The notes under the pieces: generated by a model
Database searches by the model: none
Told to the model about the DNA's origin: nothing
The model's input: the letters and a program-made list of their open reading frames with translations, nothing else
Translations under genes and position numbers: made by a program
NCBI GenBank assembly: GCA_046350855.1
Contig: JAXLZM010000001.1
Span: forward strand, 153,420 to 217,419
DNA from: Candidatus Anderseniibacteriota bacterium
GTDB taxonomy: Bacteria; Patescibacteriota; JAUYIX01
DNA length: 64,000 nt
Reading direction: 5' to 3'
In this document: piece after piece, positions 20,556 to 30,516 of the stretch
How the letters are laid out: each line of letters begins with the position of its first letter
Position numbering within the stretch: position 1 is the first letter of the stretch

Positions 20556-23123
20556 TCAGATCAGCAGGTTGATGATTTTGCCCGGGACAAAAATAACTTT
20601 GCGCGGTTTGTGACCCGCTAGAGCACGCTTGACCGCAGCTACCTTGAGCGCCGCTGCTTGAACCTCGGCCTGGCTGGCAGTGGGCCGCTCAGTAAGGCGC
20701 CCTCTAAATTTGCCGTTGACTTGCACCACGAGCGTGACGGTCTCGCTCGTAAGCTGGGTTTGGTCGGCGGTCGGCCAGGGTTCGGCCTGGATCGTTAGGA
20801 CTTTGCCTTTGCTAGACGTACCTGGGAGGCGTGACCAGAGTTCTTCCGTAAGATGAGGCGCAAAGGGCGCCAACAAAACGAGCAAACGCTGGTAGGCCGT
20901 AGTTGGTACCACCTTGAGAGCGGTCAAGGTATTGGTGAACTGCATTAGAGCACTAATGGCCGTGTTAAAGCGCAGCCCTTCGATATGCTTGGTGACCACG
21001 CGGGTGGTGATGTGCAGCTGTTTGGTCGTTGGTGCGTCGGGCTTTGCCTTGGGTTCAACCTTGTCTTGCAGACGCCAGACCCGCTCCAAAAAACGCACCA
21101 GACCGGCAATCCCCTCGGTGCTCCAACTCTTTTGCTGCTCGAGTGGGCCCAAAAACATCTCAAACAGACGCAGGGCATCGGCTCCGTTGTGCTTGATCAC
21201 GTCGTCAGGGTTAATTACGTTACCCTTAGATTTAGACATTTTAGTGCCGTCGGGAGCCAAGATGATCCCCTGGTTACGGAGGCGGGTGAACGGTTCGTCA
21301 AAGGAGAGGTGCCCCGCGTTCTTGAGTGCTTTGATCCAAAAACGGGCATAGAGCAGGTGGAGAACGGCGTGTTCGGCCCCACCGATATACAAGTCGACCG
21401 GCAGCCACTTGAGCGAATCCTTGGTCCAGGCCGCTTGGTCGTTGTGCGGATCGGGAAAGCGCAAAAAGTACCAGCTCGAGCCGGCCCACTGTGGCATGGT
21501 GTTGGTCTCACGTTTGGCGGGTTTGCCGCAGGTCGGGCAGGTCGTCTTGACCCACTCGTCGATCGCAGCGAGCGGCGACTCCCCAGTTCCAGTCGGTTGA
21601 TATTTCTCGACCTCGGGCAATTTGACCGGGAGTTGGTCCTCGGGGACCGCGACAGCGCCGTGGTCGGGGCAATGGATGATGGGGATTGGTTCACCCCAAT
21701 AACGTTGCCGGGAGAACACCCAGTCGCGTAACTTATAGTGCGTCGTGACGCGGCCCTTTTTTTGCTTGGTCAGGGACGCCGCGATTTTTTTGCGGGCCTC
21801 GTCGCTGCCGAGACCGGTAAATTCGCCTGAGTTTACTAATCGTCCATCGGCAACAAAGGCACGCTGACCGCCGTCAAGTTTTTTGTCGAGCTTACTATCA
21901 AGCGACTTGGTTTGGGGGCTACCGGCTGCATCTGGCTCTACCACGACGTTAATCGGCAGCTTGTACGTGGTTGCAAACTCAAAGTCACGGTCGTCGTGGG
22001 CGGGCACGGCCATGACCGCGCCGGTTCCATAGCCGGCCAGTACATAGTCGGCTACCCAAATCGGAACTTTAGCGCTGTTGATAGGGTTGATCGCGTACGC
22101 ACCGGTAAAGACGCCGGTTTTTTTCTTGGCGGTGGTACGGTCGCGCTCAGGGCGCTTGATGGCTTTGTCGATGTAGCTCAAAACTGCGGGGCGGTGTTCA
22201 CCCGTGGCGACCGCACGTGCGAGTCCGTGCTCTGGAGCGAGCACTATATAGGTGACACCAAAAAGCGTATCGGCCCGAGTGGTAAAGACGCTGACGCTCT
22301 TACTGCTCTCGAGCGCGAACTCAACCTCAACCCCCTCGCTCTTGCCGATCCAGTTGCGCTGCTGTTCGGTAATCTTGTGGGGCCAATCGAGACCATCGAG
22401 ATCGGCCAGTAGTCGATCAGCGTATTTGGTAATCCGCAGCAACCACTGACGCAGATTTTTTTTGACCACGGGCGTACCGCAGCGATCACAACAGCCGTTG
22501 ACGACTTCTTCGTTGGCGAGACCCGTTTTGTCTTTGGGACACCAATTGATGGCGACCTCGGCCTCGTAGGCCAAGCCCTGTTTGAACAGCTGCACAAAAA
22601 TCCATTGAGTCCATTTGTAGTAGGTCGGATCCGATGTAGTCACCTCGCGCGACCAATCATACGAGAACCCCAGCCGCTGCATCTGCCGTCTAAAGTTGTC
22701 GATATTTTTCTTGGTCGTTATGCGCGGATGCACCCCGGTCTTAAGAGCATAGTTCTCGGCCGGTAACCCAAAACTGTCCCAGCCCATCGGATGCAAAACC
22801 GTGTACCCCTGAGCGCGATAATACCGGGCCAAAATATCCGAGGCCGTATAGCTCTCAACGTGTCCCACATGCAAGCCATCTCCGGATGGATACGGAAACA
22901 TATCGAGCACGTACATTTTTTTGGCGCCTTTTTTTGGCGCTTTGTCTGGCCGAACAAAAATCTTTGCGTCCGCCCAGATTTTTTGCCACTTGGGCTCGAT
23001 CGTAGAGGGGTCGTACCGCTCAGAGTCGGGCCTGGGTTCAGCCAAAAGCGTGGGCTTAGGAGAAGCCGTTTTTTTGCTTGCTTTTTTAGTGCTCTTGGGC
23101 GTTTTCGTGCGTTTCGGTGGCAT
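20556..23123 (-). CDS. leuS: Leucyl-tRNA synthetase with Lys-rich N-terminal extension
   Basis: HVGH (HIGH) and KMSKS motifs; 855 aa; about 35-aa KKASKK-rich N-terminal tail. Confidence 0.95.
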   Translation of the reverse strand: MPPKRTKTPKSTKKASKKTASPKPTLLAEPRPDSERYDPSTIEPKWQKIWADAKIFVRPDKAPKKGAKKMYVLDMFPYPSGDGLHVGHVESYTASDILARYYRAQGYTVLHPMGWDSFGLPAENYALKTGVHPRITTKKNIDNFRRQMQRLGFSYDWSREVTTSDPTYYKWTQWIFVQLFKQGLAYEAEVAINWCPKDKTGLANEEVVNGCCDRCGTPVVKKNLRQWLLRITKYADRLLADLDGLDWPHKITEQQRNWIGKSEGVEVEFALESSKSVSVFTTRADTLFGVTYIVLAPEHGLARAVATGEHRPAVLSYIDKAIKRPERDRTTAKKKTGVFTGAYAINPINSAKVPIWVADYVLAGYGTGAVMAVPAHDDRDFEFATTYKLPINVVVEPDAAGSPQTKSLDSKLDKKLDGGQRAFVADGRLVNSGEFTGLGSDEARKKIAASLTKQKKGRVTTHYKLRDWVFSRQRYWGEPIPIIHCPDHGAVAVPEDQLPVKLPEVEKYQPTGTGESPLAAIDEWVKTTCPTCGKPAKRETNTMPQWAGSSWYFLRFPDPHNDQAAWTKDSLKWLPVDLYIGGAEHAVLHLLYARFWIKALKNAGHLSFDEPFTRLRNQGIILAPDGTKMSKSKGNVINPDDVIKHNGADALRLFEMFLGPLEQQKSWSTEGIAGLVRFLERVWRLQDKVEPKAKPDAPTTKQLHITTRVVTKHIEGLRFNTAISALMQFTNTLTALKVVPTTAYQRLLVLLAPFAPHLTEELWSRLPGTSSKGKVLTIQAEPWPTADQTQLTSETVTLVVQVNGKFRGRLTERPTASQAEVQAAALKVAAVKRALAGHKPRKVIFVPGKIINLLI

Positions 23124-23910
23124 CGGGTAGGCTAAACAATTGTCGCGCGTTTTTGGTGGTCGCGCGAGCTAGTTCAGCGTACGAGATACCACGTAGATTG
23201 GCAATAAACTGGCCCACCGTGACCACCTCGGCCGGCTCGTTGCGCTTGCCACGGCGCGGAACGGGCGTGAGATAGGGCGAATCGGTCTCAAGTAGCAGCC
23301 GATCGAGTGGGCAGGCCTTAGCGGCCTCGCGTAGCTGCTCGGTGCGTTTCTCAAAGGTCACGATCCCGCCAAACGCGACGTACATCCCGCGCTTGAGTAT
23401 TTCTTCCATCTCCCGTGGTCCGCCCGTAAAACTATGTACGACTCCGGTATGTTTTGGCCCTGCCTCATCCAGCAGGCTGAACAACTCTGTATATAAGTCT
23501 CGACAGTGCAAAATGATCGGCACTTTGTTTTTTTGGGCGAGCTTGAGCAGTGCCCGCACCGTTGGCGCTTGTTTTTCGGCAGAACCATTTTTACTATCCA
23601 ATCCAAATTCCCCGAGTGCAACCACGAGTGGATCTTTAAGGAATTGATCCAACTCTTGAACAGCTTTAGTGAGAGCAGTTTCGTCCAGCGTAATCGCAAC
23701 CTGTGGGTGGATACCGACGGCGGCAAAAACTCCTGACACCTCGTGCGCCAATTCGACCGCAGTTCGACTGTCCTCCAGACTACTGGCTGGATTTACGATC
23801 GAGACAAGGCCTGCATCTTGAGCACGCTGCCAAACCGCTGTGCGATCTTCTTTAAAAGCGGCATCGTCTAGGTGACAGTGTGAGTCAATGATCTCGGAAA
23901 GTTGCGCCAT
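23086..23910 (-). CDS. tatD: TatD-family metal-dependent DNase/hydrolase
   Basis: DSHCHLD and ILHCRD motifs. Confidence 0.85.
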   Translation of the reverse strand: MAQLSEIIDSHCHLDDAAFKEDRTAVWQRAQDAGLVSIVNPASSLEDSRTAVELAHEVSGVFAAVGIHPQVAITLDETALTKAVQELDQFLKDPLVVALGEFGLDSKNGSAEKQAPTVRALLKLAQKNKVPIILHCRDLYTELFSLLDEAGPKHTGVVHSFTGGPREMEEILKRGMYVAFGGIVTFEKRTEQLREAAKACPLDRLLLETDSPYLTPVPRRGKRNEPAEVVTVGQFIANLRGISYAELARATTKNARQLFSLPDATETHENAQEH

Positions 23911-23915
23911 TATTT

Positions 23916-25454
23916 TTATTTTTTCTCAGCTTCGATCTTTGCAAAGAGATTATCCGGCCGCGTCACGGCAGAACCCGGATGCAACGGTTGGGCCCGCTGC
24001 TCTACTAAGGTGCCGGCGGGCAACTCAAAAATCCCAGTAATCCGCTCCGCAGTCGCAGGGATAATCGGCTGCACCTGCAAGCCCACGATCTTGACCGCCT
24101 CGAGCAAGGTGCGCAAAACACTTGCCAACTTTTTGGAATCGGACTTAGCAAGCACCCACGGTTTGGACTTGTCGACAAATTGGTTGGCCCAGGCCACAAA
24201 GCGGTTGAGCGCACTGATCGCATCATGGAAACGCAGCTCCTCGATCGCAGCATCAAACTCTTTGATAAATTTCTCGGCCTCGGGGACATAGACCGGGTCC
24301 GGCTTAGCATCCGGCACCTTTCCGTCGGCAAATTTTTGCGTCATGGTAGTGACGCGTGCAACCAAGTTACCGATCCCGTTGGCAAGCTCGGAGTTGTAGC
24401 GTTCAACCAGACGTGACTCGCTATACTCACCATCCTGCGCAAACGGAATTTCGGCCAGCAAAAAATAGCGGAACGCCTCGAGGCCGTAGCGCTTGATCAC
24501 GGCAAATGGATCGACCACGTTGCCGAGGGACTTACTCATCTTTTTACCCTCGTTGCCGATAAAGCCGTGACTAAAGAGCCGATGCGGCAGGGCCAAGCGA
24601 GCCGACTTGAGCATGGCCGGCCAGAGCGCGGCATGGAACCGCAAAATATCCTTACCGATAATCTGCACGTCCGCGGGCCAGAGTCGCTCAAAGGTCGGCG
24701 TGTCCTGCAAAAAGCCACAGCCCGTCAAATAGTTGGTCAACGCATCAAACCAAACGTACATCACGTGTGACGGGTCGCCCGGCACTTCGATCCCCCAGGC
24801 CAACTTCTCCTTAGGCCGGCTGATGCTCACGTCCTCTAATCCTCGCTTACTTACAAGTGCATAAATCTCATTAAACCGCCCCTCCGGCTGAACAAACTGT
24901 TTGTGTTCATCCAGGTGCTGCTTGAGCCAGGCGGTATAGCGCGAGAGGGCAAAAAAATAGTTTTCTTCTTCGACGACCTCGGGCTTTGTGCCGTGAATGC
25001 AGCAGGTGCCGGCCTTGCCGGTCGGGTCGCCGTCTTTGCGGATCTCGCTCGGGGTCAAAAATGCCTCGCACCCGACACAGTAGAGGCCTTTGTACTTCTT
25101 TTTATAGATGTCACCCGCGGCGTCGGCGCGCTTCCAGATTTCTTGCGCAACTTTTTTGTGAGTCTCGTCGCTCGTCCGAACAAATTGATCTGCACTAATC
25201 TCAAGCGCACCCATCAAGTCCTTAAAGGACTGAGAGATTTCATCGGTAAATTCTTGGGGTTGCTTGCCAGCTTTTTGGGCGGCGCGGGCGATTTTGGTGC
25301 CATGTTCATCCGTGCCGGTGATAAAACGTACCTCGCTCCCCTTGAGACGGTGGTAGCGCGCCAACACATCCGCCGCCAAAAACTCAAAAGCATGGCCGAT
25401 ATGCGGCTTTGCGTTTACGTATGCAATTGCGGTTGTGACGGTAAACTTCGACAT
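23916..25454 (-). CDS. metG: Methionyl-tRNA synthetase
   Basis: AYVNAKPHIGHA (HIGH) and KMSKSLGN motifs; Cys4 knuckle. Confidence 0.9.
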   Translation of the reverse strand: MSKFTVTTAIAYVNAKPHIGHAFEFLAADVLARYHRLKGSEVRFITGTDEHGTKIARAAQKAGKQPQEFTDEISQSFKDLMGALEISADQFVRTSDETHKKVAQEIWKRADAAGDIYKKKYKGLYCVGCEAFLTPSEIRKDGDPTGKAGTCCIHGTKPEVVEEENYFFALSRYTAWLKQHLDEHKQFVQPEGRFNEIYALVSKRGLEDVSISRPKEKLAWGIEVPGDPSHVMYVWFDALTNYLTGCGFLQDTPTFERLWPADVQIIGKDILRFHAALWPAMLKSARLALPHRLFSHGFIGNEGKKMSKSLGNVVDPFAVIKRYGLEAFRYFLLAEIPFAQDGEYSESRLVERYNSELANGIGNLVARVTTMTQKFADGKVPDAKPDPVYVPEAEKFIKEFDAAIEELRFHDAISALNRFVAWANQFVDKSKPWVLAKSDSKKLASVLRTLLEAVKIVGLQVQPIIPATAERITGIFELPAGTLVEQRAQPLHPGSAVTRPDNLFAKIEAEKK

Positions 25455-25471
25455 GGTGGGGCCGCTAGCGG

Positions 25472-26164
25472 CTAGGCGTTATGGTGCGGTACAAAACCAA
25501 TCGGGGCAAGCACGAGGACAAACTCACCAAGACGCGGGAGTTGCTCGGGCGTGCGGGCTGCAATGGCCTTGCACGTGTCTACAATAGACTGCTCGTGCAA
25601 CTTGGTGAGTTCGCGGCCGACGCAGAGATAGCGGTCGGGCATTTGTTCTGCCAGAGAGGCCAGTGCTTTATCGATCCGATGCGGGGACTCATAAAAAATC
25701 ACCGAGCTCTGGATGCCAGTGAGGGTCTTAAAAAATGTTTCGCGGCCTTTTTTGTGCGGGACAAACCCTTTGTAGACGAACTCATCCATTGGGAAGCCCG
25801 AGATACTCGCCGCCGCGATTGCCGCGGACGCACCAGGAATTGCGATGACGACAAATCCGGCTGCGCGCACAGCCGCTACGATTACGCCCCCGGGATCATT
25901 AATGCCGGGTGTCCCCGCCTCGCTGATCAAAGCCACATCCTTACCCGCTTCGAGGGCCTCGAGCACCGGAGTGGTTGCAAACTTTTTGCCGGGTTCAAAC
26001 ACCGGGATCAACCGCACCCGAATCCCCAGAGGATCGAGCAATTTTTTGCTGGCGAGTGGCTTTTCGCTCACGATCAAATCGACCGCGGTTAACGTCTCCG
26101 CAGCCCGCGCGGACAGATCTCCGCGGTTGCCAATCGGTGTTCCAACAACATATAACGTAGCCAT
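25472..26164 (-). CDS. rsmI: 16S rRNA 2'-O-methyltransferase RsmI (tetrapyrrole-methylase fold)
   Basis: LYVVGTPIGNRGDLS N-terminus at the internal Met. The ORF-track start 26377 would overlap the neighbouring gene by 175 bp. Confidence 0.8.
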   Translation of the reverse strand: MATLYVVGTPIGNRGDLSARAAETLTAVDLIVSEKPLASKKLLDPLGIRVRLIPVFEPGKKFATTPVLEALEAGKDVALISEAGTPGINDPGGVIVAAVRAAGFVVIAIPGASAAIAAASISGFPMDEFVYKGFVPHKKGRETFFKTLTGIQSSVIFYESPHRIDKALASLAEQMPDRYLCVGRELTKLHEQSIVDTCKAIAARTPEQLPRLGEFVLVLAPIGFVPHHNA

Positions 26165-26202
26165 TACTACATACTGCACAAAAAAAGAACCCCCGACCAG
26201 TG

Positions 26203-26799
26203 TTATCTGGTGGGGGTGATCTTGGCGGCGTAGCCGGGGAGAACGTGGTCCTCCTCCGCCTCTGTCTCGGGCGGATGCCGGACATAGCACCGCAGCTTGT
26301 GCATCGCCTCGGAGTAGGCTGCTTGAACGACCTTGATGGGCTTGCCGAACTTGCCGGCAACGAGCTGGAGGGGCCAATCATGACCGTCCACCATGCCGAG
26401 GTGAAAGCGCAAGACGCCGGACTCAAAGTTGGTGAGCCCGATTTCTTTGAGCTCGCGGTCTGAGAGACCCGGACGCTTCTCGCGGAGACGTTCGACGATT
26501 GCGCGGGCTCGAAGCACTTCGTGCGTCATACCCTGCATTCCGATGTAGACGTCTAGGGTATCGCCCGCAAAGACTTCGCAGAGGATGCCGAGCTCTTCGG
26601 CATCGAGCTGCCAGAGCTTTTCGACTAACGCTTCGCGCGTGGGTACAGGCCGCTTGACAAACGAGCTAGGCACGTCTTCACGGACATTGCTTGACTCCGT
26701 TGAGATCCGAATCGCTTCCAGCAGCGTGTCGATGTTGAGCTCTGGTCGTTCGACCAGGACACTGCCGATGATTTCTGGAGGAACCGTGTAGAGTGACAT
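26203..26799 (-). CDS. Hypothetical protein
   Basis: 198-aa ORF with no recognised motif. Confidence 0.45.
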   Translation of the reverse strand: MSLYTVPPEIIGSVLVERPELNIDTLLEAIRISTESSNVREDVPSSFVKRPVPTREALVEKLWQLDAEELGILCEVFAGDTLDVYIGMQGMTHEVLRARAIVERLREKRPGLSDRELKEIGLTNFESGVLRFHLGMVDGHDWPLQLVAGKFGKPIKVVQAAYSEAMHKLRCYVRHPPETEAEEDHVLPGYAAKITPTR

Positions 26800-26970
26800 C
26801 CGTTCACCTCCCCTCTTGTAAAGCTACGATCCAGCACTGCTGGCTCTCTTTTAGCACAAAAAAGCCTCTCTGTCAACTAGAACGAAATGCCTCAAAAATC
26901 GAGCATGAAAAGAACATTGGTATCCAACCGGTTAATTGAAATTTACCTTAGCTGGCGATAAAATATCTCT

Positions 26971-27792
26971 ATGCCAGCTCGTTGGACTTTAGCTGAAGAA
27001 AAGAAACTGTATAGGGGGTTACATTTCTTATACGTCAAGAAAAATAAGACCATTGGTGAGATAGCGCATATCTTGAATTTAGATCCGACTTCCGTATATG
27101 ACCGTCTTGTGCGACTAAATATCCCGAGATCACGCGCGTCAAAAACAAGATACAATAATCAACGTACTGACGTCGGGATACCAACAACGTATTCACCCGA
27201 GCTTGCAGAATTTATCGGCATTCTCTTAGGAGATGGGCACCTAACATCAACTCAGGTCACCGTTACGTTGGGTAAAAAAGAAAAAAGATACGCAGAGTAT
27301 GTTGCAGACTTAATTAAATCGATATTTAGAATATACCCTGCGATAATTAAAAATCTGGATGGGGATCTGACCGTATACTTTGGATCAACAGCTGTGGTGA
27401 GGTGGTTTCTCGAAATGGGGTTGGTCCACAACAAAGTGCGCTCTCAGGTGGACGTACCGGCGTGGTGTTTTTCTAAGCGCACGTTCATTCGCTCGGTATT
27501 GCGCGGCTTGATTGATACCGATGGTTCGGTGTATACCTTACGTCACGGCGTACAAATATCATTCTGTAATCGATCGTACCCACTCCTAAAATCTGCGCGT
27601 TTGATGATGCAGCAATTAGGTTTAAGACCATCCAAGATTAGTTGTTACAAGGTATATCTGACACGTCAAAAAGATCTGGGCAACTATCTAAGACAGGTCG
27701 GGTTCAGTAACAGAAAACATTTGAAGCGTCTCCTCGTTTTTTCTCAGTTGCATGGGCAGGTACTGGAAGCGGCCAAACCGGACAGACTGTAA
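26971..27792 (+). mobile_element. Free-standing double-motif LAGLIDADG homing-endonuclease gene with N-terminal HTH
   Basis: Motifs LAEFIGILLGDGHL and LRGLIDTDGSV; HTH GEIAHILNLDPTSVYDRLVRL; ORF markedly AT-rich compared with its flanks; 3' end overlaps tRNA-Tyr. Confidence 0.8.
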
Positions 27793-27841
27793 ATCTGTTG
27801 GCTTCACGCCTTCGGGGGTTCGAATCCCTCCCTGCCCACCA
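27754..27841 (+). tRNA. tRNA-Tyr (anticodon GUA), long variable arm, CCA encoded
   Basis: Acceptor GGGCAGG/CCTGCCC; anticodon stem ACAGA/TCTGT with loop CUGUAAA; T-loop GGTTCGAATCC; 3' ACCA. Confidence 0.85.
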
Positions 27842-27844
27842 GTG

Positions 27845-28219
27845 TTATACCCAAACGCGCGCTTTATTTTTGATTTCTTTTTCGCGAAAAGCCTCTTCTA
27901 GATCGAGGTCGTACTTGTTGGCGATCGCGCAGAGATAAATCAAAATGTCGGCCAGCTCTTCTTTGACCGAGCCGACCTTAGAAGTGGGATCGATCTTAAT
28001 GGTCTTCTCCATTTTGCGCACGGCTTTAAAGAGCTCGCCAATTTCTTCTCCGAGCAAGAGACACTTTTGGAGCGCGGTCTCATTGCTGAATCCGCGTTGA
28101 CGCTCGAGTTCACTGACGTAGCGTTGCACCTCAGCCAGAGTTGGATTGGACGGTAGTTCAAGCACCATCGCTTTGGCTTTCTTTAAGTAACTGGACAAAG
28201 CGCTGCTTAAGTTTGGCAA
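27845..28219 (-). CDS. MazG-like nucleotide pyrophosphohydrolase
   Basis: EEIGELFKAVRK...EELADILIYL MazG/NTP-PPase helices. Confidence 0.7.
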   Translation of the reverse strand: MPNLSSALSSYLKKAKAMVLELPSNPTLAEVQRYVSELERQRGFSNETALQKCLLLGEEIGELFKAVRKMEKTIKIDPTSKVGSVKEELADILIYLCAIANKYDLDLEEAFREKEIKNKARVWV

Positions 28220-28715
28220 GCTTGGGGTTAATCACCGCTTGGCAGTAGGGCTGCTCTTTATTTTTGCGGTAGTAATCACGGTGATAGTCCTCAGCCTCGT
28301 AAAAGGTCTCGAACGGCTTGATCTCGGTGGTCACTTTGACCCCGCTCTTTTTGAGTTCGGCCACAAACTGCTCGGACTCTTGTTGCTGCTCTGGGGTCGT
28401 CACAAAAATGGCCGAGCGATACTGGGTACCCACGTCATTGCCTTGGCGGTTGAGAGTAGAGGGGTCATGCGTGGCAAAAAAGACCGTCAACAAATCGCGG
28501 TACGCGATCTCGCGCGGATCAAATTCGATGCGGGTCGCCTCGGCATGACCGGTTCTGCCAGAACACACCTGCTCGTAGGTTGGATTAGGGACCGTGCCAC
28601 CCGTGTAGCCGGGCATAACCTTGAGCACGCCTCTCAGCGATTGGAAAATCGCCTCGGTGCACCAAAAACAGCCTCCTGCAAAGATGGCAATTTCTCGGGC
28701 GCGCGTGACTGGCAT
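28158..28715 (-). CDS. msrA: Peptide methionine sulfoxide reductase A
   Basis: GGCFWC active-site motif. Confidence 0.9.
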   Translation of the reverse strand: MPVTRAREIAIFAGGCFWCTEAIFQSLRGVLKVMPGYTGGTVPNPTYEQVCSGRTGHAEATRIEFDPREIAYRDLLTVFFATHDPSTLNRQGNDVGTQYRSAIFVTTPEQQQESEQFVAELKKSGVKVTTEIKPFETFYEAEDYHRDYYRKNKEQPYCQAVINPKLAKLKQRFVQLLKESQSDGA

Positions 28716-29992
28716 TACCGAATACTAACAGTTCGATAGTGTCGTTTACCAACCCGAATCGTGAATTTTTTGGGTGGGATTTTGTCGGTCAACGAGACCG
28801 TTTTCCAGCCGTTCTCCGTCTTGAGGTGGATAGCTTTTTGCTTGAGGAGTCGTCCTGCTGCTGCCGCTGAGGCAGAACCAGGCAGATCGAGCGCCTTGAT
28901 CACGGCGATCCACGAGCTGACGTCTTTACGCGTAAGCATCACCTCTGGAATCTTAAGCTCGTCCGTCTTTTTGCGTACGACCGCTGTATTAAAATATTCC
29001 TCAGCTCTGTCCGCGTCTTTGACGCTGTTGAGGTCAGCCACGATGATACGTGCAAGGGCACGCTTGAGGTGCATGGGGTTGAGTTCACCCGACTTGAGGG
29101 CACGCGCTAATGGATTCCATTGCGCATCGCGGATGTCCGTCAACAATGTAAAGTACTGCTCGAGCAGCGCATCCGGGATCCGCATCAGCTTGCCGAACAT
29201 CTCTTCTGGCTCTGCCTCGAGCGCAATATAGTTATCTTGCGACTTGGACATTTTGAGGCCCTGACCGCTTGTACCGATGAGGATGTCGGTGGTGAGGGCA
29301 GCCTCGGGCGCGTGCCCATTAAGCTCCATCACTCGGGCCGAGTCATAAAAATTGAGCAGCTGATCGTCGCCGCCGATCTCGAGCTCGGTTTTGAGCTCGA
29401 TCGAGTCGATCCCGGTTAGACTGGCGTAGAGGAGTTCCACGCGAGTGACCGACTCACGCTTACGAAAATCCTCCCGCTGCATAGCGCTCGAGACCGTGAG
29501 GCCCCGAATCATTTTAAGAAAGTTGGCCAGCGAGAGCTTGTCGAGCCATTCGCTATTACGCCGCACGCTAGCCTGTTTGAGATCGATAAGGCGACCGGCC
29601 TGTTGCTTGTAGGTTTTGAGGTTACGCTCGATCTCTTGCTCGGTCAGCATTGGACGCTCGGCCACGCGACCGGCCGGATCACCAATCCGCGCGGTAAAAT
29701 CGCCGATGACCAGCGTGACCTGGTGCCCCATTTTTTGGAGCCGCCTACATAGCACCAACGGAATGGCATGACCCAGGTGCAACTCACGGCCGGTCGCGTC
29801 GATCCCAAATTTAACGCGTAGTCCACGTCGAGCTTTTTTAGCCCGCTCGAGGTAACGCAATAGTCGATCCTCGCCGGCGATATGTTTGGCCCGCTCTTTA
29901 AGTAAGACAAGTTGTTGGGCCGGAGTCATTGCTGTGAGGTCGGGATGCTCCAACAAATCCTGTTCGAGGGCACGTAAATCGATCTGGGACAT
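28715..29992 (-). CDS. tyrS: Tyrosyl-tRNA synthetase (class I, with S4-like C-terminus)
   Basis: GIDATGRELHLGH and KMSKS motifs; C-terminal S4 domain. Start placed at MSQIDLRAL (29992); the ORF track extends to 30172. Confidence 0.8.
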   Translation of the reverse strand: MSQIDLRALEQDLLEHPDLTAMTPAQQLVLLKERAKHIAGEDRLLRYLERAKKARRGLRVKFGIDATGRELHLGHAIPLVLCRRLQKMGHQVTLVIGDFTARIGDPAGRVAERPMLTEQEIERNLKTYKQQAGRLIDLKQASVRRNSEWLDKLSLANFLKMIRGLTVSSAMQREDFRKRESVTRVELLYASLTGIDSIELKTELEIGGDDQLLNFYDSARVMELNGHAPEAALTTDILIGTSGQGLKMSKSQDNYIALEAEPEEMFGKLMRIPDALLEQYFTLLTDIRDAQWNPLARALKSGELNPMHLKRALARIIVADLNSVKDADRAEEYFNTAVVRKKTDELKIPEVMLTRKDVSSWIAVIKALDLPGSASAAAAGRLLKQKAIHLKTENGWKTVSLTDKIPPKKFTIRVGKRHYRTVSIR

Positions 29993-30081
29993 GCGCGTAC
30001 GATAGCAAATGGACAGATAGCTGTCAGCCGCACTCGAGCACTGAGATTGCGTACCTGGCGCTGCAGGGGTAGAGTCGCGGT

Positions 30082-30516
30082 ATGTTTTTTGGGGTGCATT
30101 TATTGACGGGCGCGGCGATCGGTGCGGTCGTACCAGACCTCCCGGCCGCAACCGGCCTGGGCCTGCTCTCACATTACGCCATCGACCATCTCCCCCACTG
30201 GAACTACCTCCCCAAGCACCGCAGCAAGTGGGAAGATAGCTGGAAAATGGCCCTCGAGCCGCTCATTAGTATTCCGGTTTTTTTGGGGCTGGCCTGGTGG
30301 GCCCACTGGGACGCTCATATTTTAGTCCCGGCTTTTGCCGCGATTATCCCCGACTTGCTCGAGTCCGCCCAGTATTTTTTGCGCTCGCGGGTACTCAACT
30401 GGCACTCGCGTTGGCACCACTTTGGTCACTGGCACGCCCGCTTTACAGCCAGCCTACCTATCTTGATTAGCCTGCTCCTACTCGTCGGTTGGTTGCTGCC
30501 CTGGGGCCACCGCTAG
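30082..30516 (+). CDS. His/Trp-rich integral membrane protein
   Basis: Four TM segments; HxxxxH-rich. Confidence 0.45.
   Translation: MFFGVHLLTGAAIGAVVPDLPAATGLGLLSHYAIDHLPHWNYLPKHRSKWEDSWKMALEPLISIPVFLGLAWWAHWDAHILVPAFAAIIPDLLESAQYFLRSRVLNWHSRWHHFGHWHARFTASLPILISLLLLVGWLLPWGHR

Noticed and set aside
16221-21731. Antisense ORFs inside parB, parA, glyA, MFS and leuS (e.g. 16221..16631, 18097..18738, 19549..19938, 20985..21731)
   Set aside because: They fully overlap well-supported conserved genes on the opposite strand and have low-complexity Arg/Pro/Gly-rich translations.
25472-26377. Long N-terminal extension of rsmI (ORF track start 26377)
   Set aside because: The extension would overlap the neighbouring gene by 175 bp and is Arg/Gly-rich junk. 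The conserved RsmI N-terminus begins at the Met at 26164.
27754-27841. Possibility that the LAGLIDADG ORF is an intron-encoded endonuclease interrupting tRNA-Tyr
   Set aside because: The tRNA folds as one contiguous 88-nt cloverleaf (acceptor GGGCAGG/CCTGCCC, anticodon GUA, long variable arm) with no insertion. The ORF merely overlaps its first 39 nt.
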